Positions 53,701 to 64,000 of a DNA stretch of 64,000 nucleotides are shown piece by piece. Each line of letters starts with the position of its first letter. Positions within the stretch are counted from its first letter, which is position 1. Origin of the DNA: Chiloscyllium plagiosum (lineage: Eukaryota); NCBI RefSeq assembly GCF_004010195.1, contig NC_057718.1:52700498-52764497 (forward strand), written 5' to 3'. The notes below the pieces were generated by a model. The model saw only the letters and a list, made by a program, of their open reading frames with translations. It was not told the DNA's origin and searched no databases. Made by a program: the position numbers and the translations under genes.

Positions 53701-54404
53701 CTTTAATAGCAACAATGGTGTGCTCATCCTATTTCAGTCAGCTGTAGCCACCATCTTCAGGGCACCATGAAAATCTAAGAGCTAGCTGCTTTACAACAGC
53801 CTCAGTACATACTTCTGTTACCTGCTCTCACACGGAGAGTGCCACCAGGAACCAGAGGAGCTAACTATTTGAGTTCTGCCATCTGGACATCAATGGGGCA
53901 CCCTCCAATTTTTATCAGACTCTGTCTCAAACCTTGTGCTGTTCTGCTTAGCACTCCACAGCCTTGCTGTCGTAATGACACAATCATGCTAACAAGCCTC
54001 TGGAGGACACCTTCAGAACAAGAAGGAGGTGGAGGAGGAGAAAGCAGGGCTAAAAGGGAGGTGGCTTTCAGGAAGCCTTTACTCCAGGCAGTGACAAGAG
54101 TAAATTGAACCAATTGAAGTTAGTGACATACAGATAGAATGCATTGATTGCATGTTATTTGAGCATATATAAGACTGGATTAGTGTAAAAAATAAAAATA
54201 TTCAAAAATTTTAAAAATGACTAGGTTAGTTAGCTGAGATAGCAGGTCAGCAATATAGAAGGTTTGCAAAAATGTGGGTTCAACTCCCACACTTACCACG
54301 AAGGTCCTGCCTTCTCCCCTTACCACGCACCTGAGACATGGTAATCCTCAAGTTAAACCATCACCAATTGTCTATCTCTAGTGAGGGAGCAGCCCTGTGA
54401 GAGA

Positions 54405-54665
54405 CCATTTCAGAAGTGATGAAGTGGTAATTGATCGACTAATCTAGAATCCCAGGCCAATATTCTTGGTACATACATTCAGGTCTCACTGTGGCAATTG
54501 GTAAAATTTGACTTAATTTTTTAAAAATTCAAAGCGTACATAGGCAGTGTTGATGATGTAATGGTAATGTCACTGGTCTAGTAATCGAGAACCCCACCCT
54601 CAGGTTGAGAAGCATGCATTCAAATCCCACCATGGCAGATGGTGAAACTTGAATTCAATAAAAGG
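54405..54665 (+). mobile_element. Two adjacent tRNA-like SINE/LINE heads (another at ~57600-57710 minus)
   Basis: gtaatggtaatgtcactggtctagtaat..ttcaaatcccaccatggcagatggtgaaa. Confidence 0.6.
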
Positions 54666-55559
54666 AAATAATGAACATGGATAAGTGGAATCTTATGGTG
54701 CAGTTGTCATGTTTAACAACATAGAAAACTAATTGAGCATTGGTAGTGTCTCTACATCTGGATTCAAGCCCTGTCTATCGCAATGCGTGGTATTACATGT
54801 CTGGACAGGTTGATTAAAAATAATTAAAATAACACTTACTGACACAAACGTAGAGTCAGGAGGTTATTTATATATAACCCTGCGATGTTTTGTTCTGTGA
54901 ATAAGTATACTCCAAATAATGTCTGGTTTCTTCCTTCACCAACTGCGTATTAGGAGAATTACAATCAGAGAATCTGTGACAGACTTACCAATGCACCAAG
55001 CATTTTTGTGTGCATGCCCATAGCGTTCTCCTTTATGTTGCTCTACTGGATTCCTCAAATGCAGCAGAACTTATCGGCACTTTCCCCAGTGGCATACAAG
55101 GTGCCTTTTCACCTCTGCCCTGACTGCCTGCTCATGCCTGGTGACTCACCCATATGCTTATTCAAATCGATACAAGTCTGCAGAGTAGTAGAGAGTAGAG
55201 TAGCATTTATTTGTTTTTTCTACCATATACAACTGATACAGTAAAAACGTTCCTCCAGTACCGAGGGTGCTACAGTGACAGCGCAAACTACACAATCATA
55301 CACGGCATAAAATGTATTAGGGACTGAGAAAAGAACAAGAGGTGTGGCAGCGGCACTAAAAAAAACACTTGCACTGTCTTTACCAAGTAAAATGAAGTTG
55401 CACATTTCATGGTGAAAGAGTAGTTGGTGCAAGATCTTTAAAATTGGAGGCGGATGTATTGAATTGGCTGTTTTACTTAAAGTTGATAAGAGACTAGGAC
55501 CAGATGTAACGCACACAAGAATACTGAGGCAAGCAAAAGTGGAGCAACAAATCATGCTT

Positions 55560-57235
55560 AACTTGCCTGAGTTTTTTTTTCACTATGGCAGCTGAGAGAG
55601 GGTTGAAAAGAATAATGTTAATGATGTGTTGTCCATAGACATGGAAAAGCATATGATAAGGTACCACACAATAGACCTGTGAGCTCATGGAATAAAATGG
55701 AGAATAGCAACATGGATAATAAATTAGCCAAATAACAGAAAAGTAATGGTGAGTAGTGGGAAAACTGATGGAGGCGATAATATGGGATAAGGTAAATATG
55801 CACTTAAAGAAAAATTAAGACAATACTAAATAGTCAACATAGATTTGTCAAAGGTAGGCCATGTCTAACAAATTGAATTTAATTATTTGATGAGGTGGCC
55901 TAGGTGAGGGTTGTGCTGCAGATGTTGGTTATTTGGATTTTCTGAAAACAAATGATATGGTGCCACATGGCAGGTTGGTTAGCAGATTAGGGAGTATGGG
56001 ATTGATGGGTCCTTGGCAACATGAATTTGAAGTTGGCTAAAATATAGGAAGCTGAAACTTTATTGCTGGAACAGCACAGCAGGTCAGGCAGCATCTAGGG
56101 AACAGAAGATTCGACGTTTCGGGCACATGCCCTTCTGTTCCCTAGATGCTGCCTGACCTGCTGTGCTGTTCCAGCAATAAAGTTTCAGCTTTGATCTCCA
56201 GCGTCTGCAGACCTCACTTTCTCCCCTAAAATATAGGAAACAGAGGGTAGATTTAGGTGGGCATTTCTTATACTGGAGACAAGTTGAAAGTGGTGTTCCC
56301 CAGGGACCAGTGTTGAGACCCTGCAAACTGTTTGGAGTTGGGTATTGAGGGTAAAATCTCTGAATTCGCAGATGATCCTATGTTAGGGAGGATAGTGAAT
56401 TGTGAAAGATGCTGAGAAATTTCAGACAGACATTGACCAGTTGACCAAATGGGCAGACACCTGGCAGATGAATTTTAATGGAGAAAGATATAAGGGCATG
56501 CATTTTGGTAGCAAAAATGCAGAGACACAATACAGGCTTGATGATGCAACTTTGAGGGGTGTACAAAAACAAAGGGACGTTGGGGTTCATGTATATGATT
56601 CTCTGAAGGCGCCAAGGAAGTTGAAACAGTTGCTAAGAAGGCTTATAGGATCCTTGAGTTTATAAATAGAGGCATAGAGTGTAAAAGCAATGCAGTGATG
56701 GTACACCTCTACAAATCATTGGTCAGACCATATTGTGTTCAGTTCTAGACATCTTACCTAAGGATGGATATTAAAACCCTGCAGAGAGAATGGAAAGGAG
56801 ATTTACTAGAATGAGGGATTTTAGATACAAGGAAAGATTAGAGCAATTGGGCTTACTCTCCTTGGAGCAGAGAAGGTTTACCTTACTGAAGTGTTCAAAA
56901 TTATGACAAGGGTATAGAAAAATATTCTGTTTCCATAAGTTGGTCCGTCAGTAACTGGGGGTCACAATTTAAAAATTGTCAGCAAGATAGGTAGGAGTGA
57001 TATGAAGAGAAACTTCTTTACTCACAGAGTTGTTAGGATTTAGAATGTGCTGCCTGGGAGTGTGGCGGAGGTGAATTCCATAGGAGGTTTCAAAAGAGCA
57101 CTGGATATATATTTGAAAATGATGAATTTAGAAAGCTATGGAAATAGGCGAGACAATGGACTAGCTTTTGGGAGCTGGTACAGACACAATGAGTTGATTG
57201 GCCTCCTTCAATGCTGTAAAATTCTATGAATCTAA
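55560..57235 (+). mobile_element. CR1 LINE ORF2 RT and 3-prime end
   Basis: SGVPQGPVL; SEFADD; DIDQLTKWADTWQMNFN. Confidence 0.88.
56051..56225. mobile_element. PLE family A hairpin mini-insertion with a perfect ~60-bp inverted repeat
   Basis: Arms 56049-56108 and 56132-56191; loop holds the helix II-GAAACGTC half of the hammerhead; 14-bp TSD ctaaaatataggaa at 56037-56050 and 56226-56239. Confidence 0.92.
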
Positions 57236-58104
57236 GACGAACGGTAAATTGTTGCATTTCAAATTAGCATCATTTGGTTCTCCATGAATACTGAACCATT
57301 TCAAGTCCATATACCACCAGAACAGGGCAACATCCAGGCTTGAGCTGATATGTGACAAGTACTATATATTGGCACACATGGTTTTGTTTTATTCATTCAC
57401 AGGTTGAGGGTATTGCAGGTTGGTCAGCATTCATTGCTCATTCCTCTTTGTACCAAGGGCATTTTAAGAGTCACCCACATTGACTAGACAAGGTAAGGAT
57501 CACTGATTTCCTCCCTTTTGGCATTAATGAATTAAATTGATTTTTAAATAACAAACAGCTATGGTTTCCTTTAGGGTACCTTTCTTTTTCAGATTTTTAT
57601 TAAATTCAAATTTCAACATCTGTCATGGTAGGATTCAAATCCTTGTCTCCAGGACATTAGACTGGAATTCTGGATTACTAGCCCAGTGAATTCCACAATA
57701 CCACTGCCTCTCCAGGCAGTGGCTATTTCTAACAATAGGAGTTGAGCCATCACCCCTTAGAGATGTTTAACGGTATAAATGCAGCTCCAAGAACATACAA
57801 GACACTTAATACCATTCAGGACAAAGCAGCCTGGTTGACTGGAACACCATCTTCCATGTTCTGCAATCTCCCATCATTGCCAGCGTACTTACTTCTGCCA
57901 CTGTGTAATCTATAAGATGCATTGCAACAACTTGTTAATTCTTGTTTGACCACCTAGAAAGACAAGGATAGCCAAGCAAGGGAGCAGGTTCCTGTCCAAG
58001 CCATAGGCCATCCTGTCTTAGAACTATGTTAGCATTCCCTCATTGTCTCGAGATCAGTATCCTGGAATTCCATCCCTAATAGCATACTGAGTGCATCGAC
58101 ACCA

Positions 58105-59350
58105 AATGGGAGCTTGACAGGATAAATCCTGAGAGGATGTTTCCCCTCATGAGAGTGTCAAAGATCAGAAGGCATAGTCTCAGAATAAAGAGATGCCAAT
58201 TTCAGATTGGAATTTCTTCTCTCAGAAGATTGTGAGTCTTTGGAACTCCTTGCTACAGAGAGCGGTGAGGCAGAGTCATTTTGTATATTTAAGGCTGAAA
58301 TAGATAGATTCTTGATCAATAGGGGAATCAAGGGTTATGAGGAAAAGGCAGGAAAACACATGCAAGGAGTGCTGGATCCTATTGAAGAGCACAGCAGGCT
58401 CAAAAACTGGACAGCCTACTCCTGTTCCTATGCTTTTTAAGGTCTTATGGTCTTTTCTGGAATACACAACTGACCTAGACATTTCTGGATAGTGCATAAT
58501 TTCAAAAGATAGAAACTTTGTGAGTTGAATACAGAGTAGTGTATAACTTCAAAAGGATCTGGATAGACGGGTGGAATACACAGACCAGTTACTGATATAA
58601 TTTAGTGCAAAAAGAGTATGAAGTGATTGATTTTGCCTGGAAGAATTCAAAGAGATATTATAAAATTATGGCCATAATTCTAAAAGGGTTTCAGGACACA
58701 GGTGTGCACAATTCATTGAAGGTGCCAGGACAGATTGAGAGACTGGTTAATAAGCATAAGACATTCTAAGCTTTATTAGTAGGTCCATAGAATACAAAAA
58801 AATTGGAATTTTTGTTAAACTTGGAAAAAAAATTGGTCTGGCGATAAGTTGAGACGTGTCATTACACTTTAGGAAGGATATGAAGACATTGTAGAGAACA
58901 CAGGGTAGATTCAGAAAATGTTTCCAAGGTTGATGAACTCAAATTACATAGATAGATTGAAGAAGTTGGGACTATTTTCCTTAAAAAAAGACAAAGCTGA
59001 GAAGAGTTTTGATTCAGGTATTTAAAATTATGTGAATTCTGATTAGAGTAGTTTGGGAAAAACTGGAACTTCTGGTGAAAAGATTCAGAATGAAAGGGAA
59101 CAGAAAAGGTAACTAACAGAAAAAAACGGCAATCTGAGAACTATAATTTCTTTATGAATGGAGTGGTTTGGATCAGGAATGGACGACCTGACAGTATGGT
59201 AGAGAAAGTTGAAATTGAGTCGTGCAATAGGGAATTATATGAATGAGCAAGGCTACATGGTAAAAGCATTGGATACATAAAGTCCCTAGTGCAATTGATA
59301 CTAGACATAGACATATCAAGCCAAATTATTTCCTTCTGCACTGTAATTAT
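58105..59350 (+). mobile_element. Two CR1 LINE 3-prime fragments
   Basis: IFKAEIDRFL motif and CR1-type tails. Confidence 0.7.
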
Positions 59351-61389
59351 TCTGTTAAAACAAGAATAAGAGACAAGATAGATTGACCAAGGTAAAGCAA
59401 GGAGCAATGGCTTGTCATATTATTGTCCTGGGTGCTGTTGCCACTATTGACTAGATTTGTGGTAGCAATCTTACATAAAAGGTATTGATTCATTTTCTGC
59501 TAAATCAATCTCACTTTATGATTTTTAATTGGGAAATTTGAGTCACCAAGACTGGTATGGGATTAGCATGGAGTTCTAAAAAAAAAGACATTAATGCTGA
59601 AAGCACTTCAGTGCATAGAACACAAAGAAATTTCTTTTACAGCAGCTTTAAACTATTATGAATGATTTGTCAAGTGTCTCAACTATGAGACTGTAAGGTG
59701 GCTGAAAAATTAAAGGATTTGCTCTCTATTTCTTACTGTGAAATAACATTAGGCTCTTGTGACCTCTCAGACTTGCCATTTGAAGTGAAGGATGGTGTGG
59801 AAAAATGACACAAACCTAATTTACTACAAATGTATAAGTCTCAAATAACTTTTTAGCCTGAAATACTTAGAAAATCGGCTTCATAGTACTTGTTAAGAAT
59901 GAATGAATACTGATGCATTAAAATTAAAGCTTTCAATCTAAGAAAATCAGTTCTGAAATGTTCAACTGTTGGTGAGTCAGATTACTTGTATTTATGTACT
60001 ATCAACATTACTGAGGAAAAGCTCATCAAACACATAAAGAAATGGAATACTTTGTTCCCCACCATAGATTGAAACATGCATATTTCCAATTGCCATAGAA
60101 TGGGACTTTCTTTTGATAAAGGCCAGTAAAATCCTGAATTGCAGTATTCAACTTTTGCAAGGTTTCTTGAACAATCTGACCTCAAGGTCAGTGCATTCAA
60201 TGTGTCTATCAGGTTTTAGAATTACAAAAGAACTGAAGGTTAGGGATAAAACCATATTTTTTCAAAAAGCAGCATTTATATAATGTTAAAATGAGAAAAT
60301 GTGCATGCTTAAATATCTAAAATCGTTCTAGTATTTGATAAATTATGTCATGTTATATTTGTGAACACAACCTAATAATGTAATATTCCTATATAATTTT
60401 GCACGATAATTCAATCAGTTAAGAGGAAGAAGTCAAGTTTCCCTTACCATACGATTGAATTGTCAGTCGCCAAAACAAATTAAATGTTAGAATAATTGAA
60501 CTGGATGATTTTTGATAAGGCACCTTGCTTGAAACAGTGTACACCAACATTTTCTGACAATGAACTGGAACTCTTTGTATGATGCATAATAAAAAGCAAA
60601 GGCATATACTCAGGATGCAGAGAGAAAAGGAAGCAGTTGATGTTCATGTATAGGTCTAGGAAAACAAGCAGGATGCAAGAAGTAATTTACTGACTTAACA
60701 TGAGTTGTCAAAATGAGTGAGTTCATTCTACAGTTGACAAATCCCTATAGTTGACAAATGTGGAATATAGCAGGAGAATGTAGGAAAGGAATGTGAGACA
60801 ACATGTGTATTTAAACACTCATCGATGAAACAGTGTTGGCCATCATGAGAAGGGGTATCATTGAGGCTGTGGGCGCTGGAGGGTTTCTTAATGACACTAC
60901 GTGCATAAATAATTTTCTTTCTCTTATTTCACTTCTTCTCTAACCCAACAACTCTCTTGATGCACAAGTTGCAGGTGGCATAAGTTTTCAACTCTTGAAT
61001 CTCTTCTTTTCCTCCATGACAATCCAGTTGTTGTTCCTTTTAAACTTCCCAATGAATAGAGAGATTTTCAGCCAGGGAAGGAAGAGAGACGTTGCAATGA
61101 AGATAAAGAGAGCTCATCAACCTCATCTAAGTGCAAATCCTAATAAATTTCTAGTCAATGATGACCCCAGGGAAGTTAATATTGGAGGATTCAAAAGTTA
61201 GTGATGCCATTGAATGTCAAGGAGAGCTTATACTTTTTTTTGGTAATTGCTTGATACTTGTGTTCTGTAAATCTTTATGTCAATTCTCAGCCGAAGCCTG
61301 AATGTCCTTCAGGCCTTATTGCATGCTGACATGAATTGCTTCATTATCTGAACACTGCATGAACTTTAACAATTATGATAAAGGAGGAA

Positions 61390-62030
61390 GCTGCAATGGT
61401 GAGACACTGAACACAAGTGTGCAGAAGTCAGACTAAGAGGAGAGGAAAGGCAGGTGACAACTCATTAAAAGGTATGGTTGCACATTTGTTCTGAAGTAAA
61501 GGACACAGATGAGGATTTCAAATATTTCAGGCTGCAGAAGAAGATTGACAGATATGCATATGGAAAATCTGCCAGAAACCTTGTGCACAATGTCAAAGAG
61601 TATGGAAAAATTTAGCTCCAACTTGGCACTAGGTTTTGCACAAGTCGCTTGATCAGGACATTTGTGGAATTCTTCATAATGTCTTCAATCATTAGCTTCA
61701 ATCACACATCCAAATGCCACATTGGAAGCTCACCCTGTTACCATTATAATTTGGAATGTCAGGGGTCTAAAGGGCTTCCAGGGAATCATAGCAGTTCAAC
61801 AACTGTCGCATCTGCAGAACTGAAAGATGGTTGGCGAAGTACCTGGGAGATCTTCAGTGGTTCCATGGACCAGAAGCTTTCTGTTTTCTCTCACAATTAT
61901 AGCAGTCATGTTCTCATCCCTACAATTGTGCCAGTGCTCTTGTTGCTGCCTGTCATCCAATCAACCAGACTGTTGCAGATCAGTCTGTGATTGTGCACAC
62001 TCAGTACATGTAGACCCTCAAAAACCTGAT
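61390..62030 (+). mobile_element. Decayed RTE-like LINE 3-prime fragment
   Basis: Loose resemblance to RTE C-terminal region (GWRSTWEIFSGSMDQK..). Confidence 0.3.
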
Positions 62031-62829
62031 GTCAATGCATGTGTATTGTTTCTGAACAACTAATCACAACAAGCATGAGGAAAAAGGGACAGTATGCATT
62101 ACAGTCTCTCTCCCTTTTTCTTCACTTCCTTGTGCACTTCCTGTTCCTCTCCTCTGGCTGTATTTATAAACAGATGTGTTCCAGAACTAGCCATACCTTT
62201 GTCAAGTCCTTTTAGTGAAACTACCCAACAATTGCATCCACTTGACAATGTGAAATATTGTCCAGGTATGCCCTGTCTGCAAAAGCCAGACATCTCCAAT
62301 CCACTCTGTCAACTAATGCTCAGTTACCAGCAAAAGAGTATAGGAAACCATTAACAATGTTTTCAAGTTGCACTTACCAATAATCTGCTCACTGATATTC
62401 AGTTTAAGTTTCCATGGTGATAAACATGTTACAGTCCTTATGACTGCCATGGTTCAAACATAGACAAATTTGCTTAATTCCATCTCAGAACTGATGATCA
62501 GAAGTGAAGATGTCCATTGATGACTATGCAATTTTCTGTTTTAGTCACAAATCTTCAGACAATAAAGCAGCCCATCTCAGCATGCAGCAAGGCCTTGGTA
62601 ACATCCAGGATTGAGCAGATGAGGTGACAAGAAAGATTTTCAATATTCAAGTGCCAAATAATAATCATCTTCAACAAGAGAATATAACTCTTCCTCTTCA
62701 CCTTACAAGACATGACTATCACTGGAAACCCCAACATCTATATCCTAGAGGTTATCATTGACCAAATAAAAAATTTAGTTTGATCAGCATATAAATTTAT
62801 AGAAAGAATAACAATCAATGAATTGTAAA

Positions 62830-63580
62830 CATTTCAAATTAGGAAAAGATCAATTTTAATAAGTTGAGGTGGGATTTACTGAAAGTGGACTGGAAACAGT
62901 TTATTGAAGATAAATCAATATCAGAGCAGGTGGGAGGCATTCAAGAAGGAGAAAGAGAAGTTCAGCACAAAAACATTTTCACAAAGAAAGTGAGTATCAC
63001 TCCCAAATCTAGCCACCTCTAGAGATCAACCAGAGTGGGTGGGATAAGGTACAAAGGGAATTTTATGTCAGATACTGAGAGCTCAGCCCTTCAGAGAGCT
63101 GAGAGAAACATAAAAGATGCAGGACTGACATTGAAAATAAAACCAAGAAAGCAAGGGAGGACATGAAAAGATATTGACAAGTGAAATCAAGGAAAATCCC
63201 AAAGATATTTTATTAATACATAAAGAATAAATGGATATCAAAAGAAATAGTAGAGTCTATTAGAGGTCAAAGAGGGAATATGTATATTGAGATGGAATAC
63301 CTGCCTATAGCTCTGAATGAATGCTTGTGTCCGTCTTCACAAAACAGTGAGTGGCTGCATTCATTGCAATTAAAGAGGAGTATATGATGTTAGAATGAAA
63401 GTGAAGGTGGTGCAAATGTAAATATTCACAGATGTAGCATCTTGGAAAGCAACAAAATGGCTAGGCCATTGATGAAATGTATCTTAAGTCCACTAAAACA
63501 AGGTTGAAAATAATGGAGACGCTGAATTTAATTTTTCAATCCTTTCTAGCTACAGACATGGCATTGGAGGACTGCTGTTA
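62830..63580 (+). mobile_element. CR1 LINE ORF2 linker region
   Basis: IKENPKIFY.YIKNK motif, ALNE..SVFT remnant. Confidence 0.75.
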
Positions 63581-64000
63581 TATTTGGGTTAAGTTACTGT
63601 TTATCTTACTTTTCTGATTTATCCCTGAGCAATGCAGAGGTGATTCCACATGCAAACAGTTTGTTTAAAGAGCTTTAGGGATTTTTGATCTTACAGAAGT
63701 TCAGAATCCCCGAGTTGTCAAGAACTCCTTGTAAAGTCTGCCATGTGACTCAATACTTCCATGCAATGTAAAATGATTAGTGATCAGACTTACATAATCT
63801 TATGTGAAAGAAAGCAAACCAGTAAACACAAACCTAACATCATGCCATTGATTAAAATGATAATGTATTGAATTGAATTGAATTTATTGTCACGTGTACT
63901 GAGGCACGGTGAAAAGCGTTGTCAGGGACCAAGGGGTAAGCCAAGCTTTTAGAGGCTGGTCAGTTGAAACTTTCTGGCCAGGTAATTACTGGGAAAAGTA

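Overview
Repeat-dense non-coding vertebrate DNA, very probably from a shark. This is inferred from HE1-type V-SINEs and HER1/CR1 LINEs, which are elasmobranch families. I recognise no intact host protein-coding gene: most ORF-track entries are decayed retroelement fragments or chance ORFs, and there are only a few weak minus-strand exon candidates. The window holds many CR1-clade, RTE and L2-like LINE fragments, tRNA-derived SINEs, a possible decayed Gypsy pol, and a fossil PIF/Harbinger transposase split by nested insertions. It also holds at least three distinct Penelope-like element (PLE) families. The most interesting signal is that all three PLE families carry a minimal type I hammerhead ribozyme motif near their terminus: CUGANGA plus one extra nt, covarying helix II, GAAA, a self-complementary ACGU/AGCU helix III and a short helix I. 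These PLEs repeatedly occur as inverted 'both 3-prime ends outward' insertions with 10-15 bp TSDs and one long plus one short end. Some are 140-300 bp palindromic mini-elements made only of ribozyme-bearing termini. All calls are by eye and LINE fragment boundaries are approximate.
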